The notes beneath the pieces are model-generated. The model worked only from the letters and a program-made list of their open reading frames with translations. It ran no database searches and had not been told where the DNA came from. Made by a program: the position numbers and the translations under genes. DNA of 64,000 bases from Phoronis australis. Its lineage: Eukaryota; Animalia; Phoronida. Shown piece after piece: positions 37,401 through 49,580 of the stretch. Location of the stretch: NCBI GenBank assembly GCA_002633005.1, contig NMRA01000045.1, positions 437,627-501,626 of the forward strand, given 5' to 3'. How positions within the stretch are numbered: the stretch's first letter is position 1; every line of letters starts with the position of its first letter.

Positions 37401-39891
37401 GCCAACAGTTTGGACAACAATGAAATTCTTTAAATACAGCAAAACTTGCACTTTGTCTGACTCAAATAAACTTTCCAGTTAGACCTGATTTTCATGAGTT
37501 TTACAGTGTAGATGCCTTACATTACAACTCTGTAACAAATGGATGGATCATCAGATACAGCAGTAACACAATTTTGCCTGCTATAAATTGTCATCGACGG
37601 CATCTATTGGCAGTTAAGCAAACTAACAGCAGGATGTTACGAACTCAAAGCCATCTAACACTTACAGTTCATAGCCAACTGTTCTAGCAGCGGGTGGTTG
37701 ACACCCTCCGTGCTCGTGATCTTATTGTTGTTGAAGCTGGCCACCTGAATGTAGGGTAACTCCTCTAACCGAGCACTCGTTAGTTTGTTATAGTCACATT
37801 TGAGGGTTAGAATGTGGGTAAGATTGTTGAGTGGGGTCAGGTCTTTGATGTTGTTCTTGGAGATGTCAATGTAGCGGAGATGGATGAATGAGCTGAGTAT
37901 ATCGATGTTCGTGAGATCCCTGAAAACATGAAATCACATAGTATCAAAGTGAAACAGGTTCAGCCATGATGAAATCACATAGTATCAAAGCTAAACAGGT
38001 TCAGCCATGGATTTCAGGTATGAGAATGAAGTTGCCAAACAAATTCTGCTCTCACCTTTCCCGTCACCCACCTGCGTGAGACATCAGTTCTTTAACACAA
38101 AATGACCGCGACGCAATCTTAGGGAATTCAGGCACTACAACTAACATACTATTATCATGCACCCATTAGAATGGAGCAATCGTCTACTCATGCTGAGTGG
38201 GCTGTTAGAGGAACTACTTTTCGTGAATTAGCGAGACGTGTTGCCGATTGGAATGTTGGGATATTGATGTGGTCTGGAATTTGGACCATCCTAAGTAGTC
38301 GTGCTGGCTATACTTGGTATGGTCTATCACCACAAAATTGCATTATGACTCGAATCTACCTCTTAACCCCCCCCCCTCCACCTCATCCTCTTCCTTTCCC
38401 CATAACCCATAATGCAATTTCGTTGTGACAGACCGTCCAACGTAGCCAGAACACATAAAATTACGAAATTCTGATCAACGCGTCTCTCCAATTCACCAAA
38501 AGTATTTGCATTTATAGCCCATGTCTAACTATCACTTTTATCAATTGCCTATTCAAGTCAGTTATACCAGAGAGTAGTTGTATAACCCCTAAAGTACCAA
38601 AGATTGCATCACAGTCATTTTGAGCTATACTTTCTCCCTTAATTCTCATTACATTAAAAAAGACACATTCATCTGAAAAACAGCATAACCATTTGTCATC
38701 TGGACATGAAACAAAATAAATTACAGGTGGACTGTTCAAAGCCAAGAATCAAATTCAGGAAAAAGGCACAGATGTTAACCAAAACACCACAGAGATTTAT
38801 GTGAGCAATACAAACGATACAGCAAAGCAATGCAAGGATTTACAAGCTTTTACTGTCATACGAACGGACAAAATCTTTCAATGAAAACAAGACCTCTCAT
38901 CTCTTGAAATTTTGCTGTCGTAATATGCTAACCTCTCATGTATATCAAGTCTAACATAGGCGTGTGACATTCCATCTCCCGTTTTACATAGTAGTGTCAG
39001 ACATTCTGCTATGATCTCCTCTGTAAGAGGTTCTTCAGGCACTTTCTGAAATTGAAGGAAAGACACTATCAACAACTTTCATAAAGTTTGAATCTATTAC
39101 AGCAGTTTCACATGCTCATGCTATCTTCCCATGTTTGCAAAATGCCATACATATACATACACATGTCAGTAACCTTGTCTTCGGTGCAAAGCCATATGCT
39201 AAATTTTAAACAGCTAGCCCTAATCATGAATGAAAGTTAGTTACAGTTTATCTATCATGGAATTATGCAAAACTGGCAAAAGTGAAGTATGGTGATTGAG
39301 TTGCTCTTCTTCTGGATTCAACAAACGATCGAAATACTGATCCTTATGTATTGGCGCATATGTAAGTGATAAATTTGAACTGAGCATAGCTGTTGGAAAA
39401 TAACAACAAAACAAAGAGCGGGTTAGTGCCAGGATAGGTCATATAGACAGTGCCTCTGAGTGTAATTACAACTACAAACAAGTGAACACAAGTAAATGAT
39501 GGGCTAAACAAGGCCTGTTCAAAGACAAGGAACAAGTTAGGCTACCAGCCCATGCCAGCCTAGTGCTCTCAGAGTCAGAGACTTGCGAGGCAAACTTCCA
39601 AGCACCACTACTTCAATCAAGCTTGCCTGATTCACTTTATAACTGATATAATTAATGAAAAAATGAATAGGCATGGAACGGGCATGATGCCTATAAAATC
39701 ACACACGATGCAGACGACCTCACTGACGACCTCACGCTCTTTACCTCCTCCTCTTCAACTTCTTCATCCTCCGCTGCCTCTTCTTCGCCACCTTCTTCGC
39801 CGCCTTCTTCACCGGCCTCTTCACCAGCTACTTCTTCATCTTCTTGCTCTCCAGCTTCCTCTTCAAAATTCTCTGAATCTTGATCGGACAT
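31410..39891 (-). CDS. LRRC23: Leucine-rich repeat-containing protein 23 (axonemal/radial spoke LRR protein), 366 aa
   Basis: Exons (minus) 39891-39745, 39045-38933, 37919-37666, 36543-36413, 35951-35815, 35522-35446, 35067-34913, 34192-34157, 31460-31410; 1101 nt with consistent phases. Acidic N-terminus, LTEEIIAECLTLLCKTGDGMSHAYVRLDIHERDLTNIDILSSFIHLRYIDISKNNIKDLTPL, LRRs (LHTLELRGNKL, LTTLHLRDNQL), LRR cap ENPCAEEDEYRLEVLIALRKLERLDKDEF. The last two acidic exons are less certain. Confidence 0.93.
33106..33254. mobile_element. 149-bp MITE with CWG flanks (PIF/Harbinger-group) in an LRRC23 intron
   Basis: CTG|GGCTGGGTTGCATAAAACTT ... AAGTTTTATGCAACTGGGCC|CAG. Confidence 0.7.
37928..38009. 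repeat. Tandem duplication of a 41-bp unit next to an LRRC23 acceptor
   Basis: ATGAAATCACATAGTATCAAAG(TG/CT)AAACAGGTTCAGCCATG at 37928 and 37969. Confidence 0.9.
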
Positions 39892-39938
39892 TTCGTTTGA
39901 AATTATGTCTCCTCTCCTCTGACAAGTTGTTGAAACTT

Positions 39939-40058
39939 AAAGATGGCGTCGTCGTCTAGGTGACGTTCAAAGCGACCCCAACGGTAAATCGAAAAACTAC
40001 TTTTCCATTAGAATCAGTGAAAAGGGACGGTGGGCTATTTTCTGTATGATTGGCTGGC
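39939..40058. promoter_or_regulatory. LRRC23 proximal promoter with an X-box-like (RFX) site, YY1-like motif and CCAAT box
   Basis: GTCACCTAGACGAC on minus (39951-39964) about 60 nt upstream of the ATG, AAGATGGCG near 39940 and ATTGG near 40049. RFX control of ciliary genes is established; occupancy here is inferred. Confidence 0.4.
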
Positions 40059-43000
40059 TACTTTTCATTGACTAAATGATATGAAATCGGTTATCAACAA
40101 ATTTCAGTTTTGACAACTGTTGTAACAGTAACTTAATAAATGGAGACCAACTGAGAAGTGACTGTCAGTGTTACTTCTCGGGCCAAGCCGGGCCCGCGAG
40201 TGTCCGGCGAACATACCGTGAATAATACGCTTACAAAGAAGTCACGCATTTCCAAAGATTTTAAAGATATGCGGGAATTTTCACCCCTCGACCTTCTGAG
40301 CGGCTTGTACCAGGATCAAAGAATGCGTGGCGCCGGAATCAGGTACAGTTGTGATGACCGCATTGCCCGATGCGAGCAAGACCCAATTAAATGTAATTAT
40401 CCCAGCGACCATAACCTGTATTAGACATCTCTGACTGTACATAATGGCGAATTTTCAAAATGCATTAAGCACTAATTTTCGTTATAACCGAACACCAAGG
40501 CGATATTCAGCTGGAAAAAACAACCAACTACAGTTTTCGATTTTTAAAAATCGATGAACTAATAATCTAAAAACTACAACCATTGGGTACGATTGAAGAT
40601 AAACTACCGCACGTATTGATATACTCGGTGGATATACAAACGCTGATCACAGCTAACAATATCACATGGATTAATTTTTTAATATTCTTTCAATCTCGTT
40701 TAACCAGATTTTTGACCAGGAAACGGTTGTTGTGCCCACTTTTCATTTTTTATTACTGACAAAGAGCTAGTGTAGTCAGTGCCACAGAAATTGTCCAGAG
40801 ATTCCAAATCTTCAGTTTGTTATCGCCATATTTGCACTTTTGTATAAATTTTATGATTTGAGTTCTAATAAAGATTAAAATTTAATGACACGTGAAATGT
40901 TTAGTGTACCTGTAATGTGGTAAGTTTAGGGATGGGCTCACAATGAACTTAACTAGTTAAGTTTAGCTGGCGATCAAAATCTACCACTGTTTTGGTAGTT
41001 CATAACTTAGATAAAAAGTTTTCAAACCGTTCCCGGTAAAAAAAACAAGTGGACAGAAGCATTAAAAATTAAATAAAAAAACCAATATTAAACTTATCGT
41101 TCCTTTGGGAAGTGACCCTTTGTGAAGATAAACACCAGTGAACCTTTTTAGTCATTTTGTAGTATTTATAATGTACCAAGTTAAAACTACCCTCCAGAGT
41201 TGCAGGCAAATGTCAGAGAAAACCAAATTGGGGGTGGCCTACTAACAACAACCATCGTTGAGACAGTAATGCTAGTAATTAGCTTTCCACTTCATCAGCT
41301 CAATACTTCAATACAAGGGCGTGCTGAATAGGTATCGTAAGAGTTGTCTGGGGTTTATGGAGTCAGAGCGGTAACCAGTGTCAGCGAGAAATTCTCTATG
41401 CTAGTTTTCGAATTCGAATTATTTCGTAAACTAATGTTTTCATCATGATGTTGACTCTTGTTCCGCGTAATAAATTTGTCTTGTCCTAATTTATGGGTGT
41501 TCGTATCGTACGTTGTGGAGTTTTGTTATCACTTTCAAAGAACAATCAATGGAGATTTTCTGGTCTGGGGCGTAAAAATGAAAAAACATAGCTGTTTCGC
41601 TGAAAAAATGGACCACACGTAAGTTAAAGACGTTGGAAGTCTATTTTATCTTTGTTGTTATGTTCATGCGGGTCAGTGGTACCGCGGCGGGCAGCCATTT
41701 CTTGCACGGAACAACTGAAAAGGACCGCGTATAACATAATTGGTATTGGTGTGTGTTTTTTGAAAAAAAAAATGAGCGGCGACTGCATCTATGACACCAG
41801 CTGGCCGGTGTCGATAGATGGCAGCAGAGACCGTAGATCGTCTTTGGGGACAGTCAGTGAAGGCCAATCAGGAAGTGACTCTGGCTGACTCTAGCTGACT
41901 TGACAAGCTACGTCGTTTTAAAGCAAACGTACTATAGCTGTTGAAAAAAGGTCCAATCTTGACTAGCAGTGACAGATGCTGATGACTGCTTAGAGCAATG
42001 AAAAACAGTTTTCAAAATGAGTCACGGGGCAGGTCAAGGTCAGGTCAGTCTAAACGAAATCGGATTTTTGTCTGACGGCCGGGCCTTTTTCAATCTACTT
42101 TTTTGCGAACTCAAAGAAATGCCTGGTCCATGTTTCGGTGAGCTCGAATAACGGATGCCTTACGCAGACGAGTGCCTAGTCCAATATAGCACTTGATGAC
42201 CCCGATTTGAGCGACAAACTCGAAGATTTCGTGTTGGGACTCGCTCACTTCTAGCTTTAATGCTGGGTTCATCAAGTACAAAATGGGATTAGTCAGGTCT
42301 TCCCTTCCGACTGTGAACAATAATGAACGCGATCACAGAAACTTGTCTTGAGTTCGCACTACTGTAACAGTAGAACAGGAAATGTCAAAAGGATTTCGAA
42401 TTCGATTTTTAATAATTATAAAGATTAGACACTGGGCATAAAACTAAACATACGATTTAATGTCTTGGACACCGTCACCATGAAGTAACTGAGCACATCA
42501 CAGAACGTTGATTAATACCATGTCGTAGTGTACATATGCGCTGATTTTCAAGTCCGCACTCAAGAAATAATTATAGGTGAAACAGTTTCATCGCTCTGGA
42601 ACTCAAGAATTGAATATCCCGGCATATTCTAGAGTTCACTTCATAGGTATTATACCTTGGGTTATCCAGCTGCCGTCGAAAAACATCGAAATGGAATAAC
42701 AAAAACATGTGGGATAAAATCGCTATCATGAAATTTCTCTTTTATACAAGAGCAGNNNNNNNNNNNNNNNNNNNNNNNNNNNNNNNNNNNNNNNNNNNNN
42801 NNNNNNNNNNNNNNNNNNNNNNNNNNNNNNNNNNNNNNNNNNNNNNNNNNNNNNNNNNNNNNNNNNNNNNNNNNNNNNNNNNNNNNNNNNNNNNNNNNNN
42901 NNNNNNNNNNNNNNNNNNNNNNNNNNNNNNNNNNNNNNNNNNNNNNNNNNNNNNNNNNNNNNNNNNNNNNNNNNNNNNNNNNNNNNNNNNNNNNNNNNNN

Positions 43001-46000
43001 NNNNNNTTGACATGGAGTTTCGCAAAAAGTGTAATGGAGAAAGCGTTACACTTTAGCTAAAGCGACAAAAAGGCGTAGCAATCAAGCCTACATAAAACCT
43101 GTTGACGCGTACACATATGTTCTACTCCACATCTCATGACACTACAAACAATAAACGAAATACAAATTAATAAATACAATATCCCAAATTCCTATACAAT
43201 AAGCCACGATTGTTATCAATTTTTGTTTTAACAATACGACCAAGCGTAGAAAATCATAGCCCGAGTGAACATCTGCGCTAAACAAGAGGATTATGGACCA
43301 TAAATTTACGGATTATAATCTTTTTCCGTGACATAAGTTCGCATAAACATTTGCCAAACATTGCTTTGTTTTTAGTAACCTAGACGTTGCAAGCAGGACC
43401 AAGGGAATACTGGAGCTTATCTGTTCTTATTTTACGCTGAAATGATAAAACTTCGACTTTCCTTGAAGACAAACCAGTCGATAAATCTTACAATGGAGAC
43501 CAAGCGAGGTAGGTATCCTTTAATTTCTGTTCAGCGAAACTCGAAATGTTCTAAGTAAATCACAAACAACAGCCCTGTAGTTCTTACCCTTTGCGGGATT
43601 CGATCGGTTTCACAAAATGAAGAAAAATGTTTACCGAAGGCGTTTTTATTTTATTATCTTTGTTTTTTTGAAAAGTCCTTGGATGACATCATTCACTTCT
43701 ATTTCAGACACTGCTTTTCAAAAAGTGCCTAAGTCATACACGTGAGAAAAAAAAGTTATATGGATCGATTTAATGTAAAATTAAACTGTTTGCATATGAC
43801 TTTGTTATTTACTCAAATTCGCTGCAAGGAAATTAGGTCTAGTCGCTCACAGGATGAACAAATAGCGCGTTCCTCATGAGGCATCGTGTAAGTATCAGAA
43901 TGTCTCACTATCGTTCGGAAATGAAGATTATGCTTCGCTCTCCCACAAAAGATTGCCTACGAGTGTTCTAGTCGGAAACAGAATTGCGGTTTATGACATT
44001 TTTAAATGACCGTTCGACAGTGAATTTAAGAAATGCAGGCGATGAGTTTTTGTTTACCCTGTACGCAGACGCACCGTAGTAGGTTTTCATCTTCCCATGA
44101 TGATTTTGATGAGCTAGGATTTGACGTAATGGCGGAACGCAGAATGCCGGTAAGTGATCGCGATTTTTCAACGACGCATCTGAGTCTGAACTTTTAACTC
44201 CAGTCTCATGAACGTATTAAAATTGGTTGTGTGGTATAAAGGATGAGTTGTTTTTACATTTACAGGAAAAAGGTCTGAAATCTGAAGCTCGCACTGAGAC
44301 AAATCTATTACTACATGAAATGAATTTCTTGTTTGCTTTTTCTCACATACCATTTGAAGCCTGGATTTCAAACATTTTTCAAATTTGCGGTTACCGTCAA
44401 TTCCATGGCAACGTTTGCAAATGTAATTCATTTGTCCTTCGATGAAACAAGAAGAAATATGTATTTCGTTGACTTATGCAATTGAATTGTGGCCAAACGG
44501 GGTTGCCAACTTAAGTACGTGAAATGAAATTGAAAGACAAATCTAAAAAACTACAATGATCAATTTTCAGGAAATTTTCTTTTTGGTCATTGCGGTGAAC
44601 TGCAACTGGCTCCGGCATGCTCTTGAAAATGCTGCGATAATTTTTACTGCACTAGTTTTACAAACCGACAAACGGTAAATACGATTGCGGACAAAGTAAC
44701 TTTACATGGAATCCTAGAGTGAAAATATGTGCTTGTATTTATAATGGAATATATAAAATAATTCATATGGAATGTACCGCCCCTTTTACCCCTGGAGAGC
44801 GAATGGCCCTAAACTATTTACAGTAAACAAGTCTGCTCGTGACTGAAGTACTTACTCCAACGACAAAACCAAATCAACATTGTTACGTAAGGCGCTAGGT
44901 TCGACGCGGACGTTCTTTTGCATGCTCCGAGGTAACAGCCAGGTGAATAACCTCAGTGAAAATTAGAAAATGTGTTCGTCGAATAAAACCTTCACTTAAG
45001 CGATGTGAAAGTTATAAACAATATTTGAACAGTTTAAGAAAACAACGGACCGGTCATCGTTGTTAGGCTTAGTAACGTTTTTCCATGCATCATTGAAGTT
45101 GCAAAAATACGTTACACTNNNNNNNNNNNNNNNNNNNNNNNNNNNNNNNNNNNNNNNNNNNNNNNNNNNNNNNNNNNNNNNNNNNNNNNNNNNNNNNNNN
45201 NNNNNNNNNNNNNNNNNNNNNNNNNNNNNNNNNNNNNNNNNNNNNNNNNNNNNNNNNNNNNNNNNNNNNNNNNNNNNNNNNNNNNNNNNNNNNNNNNNNN
45301 NNNNNNNNNNNNNNNNNNNNNNNNNNNNNNNNNNNNNNNNNNNNNNNNNNNNNNNNNNNNNNNNNNNNNNNNNNNNNNNNNNNNNNNNNNNNNNNNNNNN
45401 NNNNNNNNNNNNNNNNNNNNNNNNNNNNNNNNNNNNNNNNNNNNNNNNNNNNNNNNNNNNNNNNNNNNNNNNNNNNNNNNNNNNNNNNNNNNNNNNNNNN
45501 NNNNNNNNNNNNNNNNNNNNNNNNNNNNNNNNNNNNNNNNNNNNNNNNNNNNNNNNNNNNNNNNNNNNNNNNNNNNNNNNNNNNNNNNNNNNNNNNNNNN
45601 NNNNNNNNNNNNNNNNNNNNNNNNNNNNNNNNNNNNNNNNNNNNNNNNNNNNNNNNNNNNNNNNNNNNNNNNNNNNNNNNNNNNNNNNNNNNNNNNNNNN
45701 NNNNNNNNNNNNNNNNNNNNNNNNNNNNNNNNNNNNNNNNNNNNNNNNNNNNNNNNNNNNNNNNNNNNNNNNNNNNNNNNNNNNNNNNNNNNNNNNNNNN
45801 NNNNNNNNNNNNNNNNNNNNNNNNNNNNNNNNNNNNNNNNNNNNNNNNNNNNNNNNNNNNNNNNNNNNNNNNNNNNNNNNNNNNNNNNNNNNNNNNNNNN
45901 NNNNNNNNNNNNNNNNNNNNNNNNNNNNNNNNNNNNNNNNNNNNNNNNNNNNNNNNNNNNNNNNNNNNNNNNNNNNNNNNNNNNNNNNNNNNNNNNNNNN

Positions 46001-49000
46001 NNNNNNNNNNNNNNNNNNNNNNNNNNNNNNNNNNNNNNNNNNNNNNNNNNNNNNNNNNNNNNNNNNNNNNNNNNNNNNNNNNNNNNNNNACAATGCATAG
46101 GCCTTGAACAAACTCCGTTTGTTTTTGTTTTTTAGTAATGAGGTCCACAAACCCAAAAATTGAGACCCCCTACATCCCTACATTTTAGGCTGGGCGCGCG
46201 TATGAGGCGAATTTCTGGTTATTCCTATGCCCTGCCCCCCAACTCAAAATCCTAGATCCGCCCCTGGAAAGAACTGATAATTCATTATTACTTGAGACCA
46301 CGCCTTACCAGTTGTCTTGTCACGGCGTGTCATTTCATACGGGAAAGGTTTCAATTGTCTAAATCGCCAAACCACTTCCCAAGTTGAGACCAATTTTTAA
46401 GCGTTAGGTGACTAGATCACAGATTCGCTTCTTCCACGGAATACGGATTTATTAGCGCTTTAAATGTTGAATGTGAAGGATGGCCTTGGGTTACAGGTGT
46501 AAAATCTCAACATGGTCTCCGGGGTGTATGATTCGTGCTTCCCTGCACCCTCCCACTAAATAATGCAAGTTTCAATGTCCCGTTATGCAAATTACGGATA
46601 ATGAAATGTTATGTTTTTGAATTAATCATCTCCACCTGACCACCTCACAATTAACTATTTGGATTCTATTTTCACTTTCTTATTCAATCGATAGACGAGA
46701 AATAATTTAATCTGAATTTATATTTACTTATTAGTGAAAGGTAATTAAGTGATTAATCACTCATAAGAGTTAAGTTAACATTTCGTGAAATTTGATCATA
46801 GTTGGATTAGAGGCATCTTCATACACATTTCTATGAGTTTGAGTAAACTGTTTAATATGAGGGTTATCACAAAAGTGACACGCCTGGTATCAATCTCATC
46901 CTCATCAATATTAGGCCGTGTGCCATTCTCGTTGGTTTAGTAACTAGTTAATTAAAATAGTTCCACGACCCATCACTTGTGTCCTAGATATCTTTCATAT
47001 ATCCATGTAATCCCCGTGCTTGGGATATTGGATATTAGCCTCGCATAACCAAGTGTATCACGTTATCACATGATGAGTGGCTGGATCAACAAACACGAGC
47101 ATGAGAGATTGTGGTAATGTGTTTACATCACACCCTTTGAACACATTGAGAAGTGAAGTACATTTAAATGGAAAGGCAAGGCTATTGTAACGCCAGGTCG
47201 CGAATTGACGTCCTACTCTCGTATTTTTGTCGTCTCGTTAAAGGGACATTGTCGTTTTTTTCTGCCGAAAAACGTATTTTTGGAATTATTTTTGAATGGG
47301 AAAGACTTCTTGAAGTTATTAGCTTTGACCAGAGATATAAACAATAAAATCCGTTGTGTTTTTTGTGATTTCATTACACATCGCCAATTATCGCCGTTGT
47401 TTGCCAAGCCATTCGCTGAAATTAATGCCGGTGACTTTACCAAATTAATTCGCTTATTTAGTATTTTAGAAAAGGAACAAAATTGACTACCGTCGGAACA
47501 CCATATTGTAAAAACAGATGATTGAATTCATAAGAAACTTTCAAATACTCTGCTTTAGGCACTGACATCCAAAACGCTTCTTGTTTTCAAAATGTTTCAC
47601 TTTTGCCTCAGAGGGCCATTAGAGGGGGCACGTAACACGAAAACGAAGTGGTAGTTCAGAAAACCGGTACAGCGTTTTTGAGATTTCATCTTAGACATTT
47701 ATATCAAACGAAATTAGGTCATGTTAAAGATGTCATTGTTTTGCTTTGAATGCACCTTTCGTTTTTGCTAAATTAAACTGAAAAGATATGGTCAGTACGC
47801 CACCCACGTTGCTGTAGTTTCGTCTGATGTCACACGAACTTTTTACTTTAAGTTTTGTAGATATTCGACTAAATGCAGATTTATCCTTTAGGCTCTACAT
47901 AAGCCAATACATTTCATCGAGCGGGCAGCCAGTAGAGCTTTTGGCTGTGACCGCGATAGTTTTCCTTTCGAATCCCTCCTAAGCCTGTAATCACTTGTCT
48001 CGCCGATAATCATGCGTTCGTTCTTCTCAGTCACAAAACTCAAGTTTTTAAATTCTGGTAGCCAATTCGAAATAAAAATATTACCCATTAAGATATTTCA
48101 GTTTTGAAATAATCCAACGCCGTATTAAAAAAGCATTTCGCGAGTCCTGTGTTCCGTTTCATAAAGTTAACAAAACGAGGAAAAGAGTTGTTCTTGAAAG
48201 GACTATGAACCCGCCCTCGATTGTCACAAAAAGTATACTTTTGATTTTGACCACTTAGTACAACCCGTTTGGAAATTTACTTCGAATTGTTCCTTAGTTA
48301 AACTGTCACGTGATTTAGGAACGAGTTGAGACCAGTTTATTGAGGTGGGTGCTCCAAATAAAAAATCGTTTCTTTGACGTACTACGTTAGTAACGCGAGT
48401 TTACAGCCGCTTTAAGAAGACTTCGCCAATCACCGGCAGGGAGTGGTATTCCATCTCTGTAAGTTATTCATTTTATAACATCACGGAATGATTAAAATCT
48501 CAATAAATATAGCGAGCAATATCGGGTTTGATCGAGCAGTTCACACACAAATTCTTCGTTTTATTCTGAGTGTAAAGTATACGTGACCGACAATTCTGGT
48601 TCCTCCTGGAAATGATATAAATATATGACAAAACAAACACACAGCATGTAGGTCCCTATGGACAGTGTACTGCCTGGTACATATAGAATACGATGCTTTT
48701 GTAGTACAATTTTCCAAAATCGAGCTACACCCAAATCTAACAATGCAAATGGGAGAGTGACGTATTGATTCAGAAAAAGGTATCGCTCATATTACCTTCA
48801 TATGTCTGGTTATTGATAATGTGAATGTATTTATGAAGTAAAAAGGATGGTTATTACTTTGCGAAGCATGAAAATTTACTCACGAGTGTGGTGATCGTTT
48901 ATTATTGGCAAGTATTTATCATGCTTGGCATGTACTCTGAATTCGTTTGAGGAGAGGGTGCCCCGAATAGATACAACGCACTGACTTTACATAATGTTTT

Positions 49001-49580
49001 TTTTCGGTCGTAAGACAGATACATGTACTTGCGCCTTCAACAAATTTTGAGATATAAAAAGCATTGACGAATCTGGAATGTCGCGAACGAGGGAGGGGGG
49101 GGAGAGACAATACAATTTTCCATTATGACGCTCGCAAATCTGAGTTTCAGCCGAATGGAAAAACAGATTCCACTCAAGAGAACACGTTGTTCATACAAGC
49201 TAAATTCCGAGAGTTGGTAACCGTTGCATGCGCAGTCAAAACAACGAAGAACGTGCCTTTTTGTTTACCATGTCACTGTACTTAACTGAAGGATTAACCT
49301 GGATTTGTAGCCTATCAATCTTAGTTATCATTATGTATTCAAAGAGACTTACACGATGAAAGAATAACCTCAATCACATCAACAACACAACGTAAACCAA
49401 CAGTAGACCATTATATATTTGATAAAATCATAGGAACAGTTCATAATATTTGGTAAGCAAATCAATTTGCACCAGGTTCAGTTCAGGTCATTTTATTCAA
49501 GCCTCGAGGGTAACGTTGAAAGTTTATTCTCTGGAACATGTCTGAGGTATCGTTCGTCATCTTTTATTCACTTTTCGCAG

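Noticed and set aside
40158-41888. Separate small + strand gene from ORFs 40158..40424 and 41652..41888
   Set aside because: No recognisable homology and no consistent splice chain.
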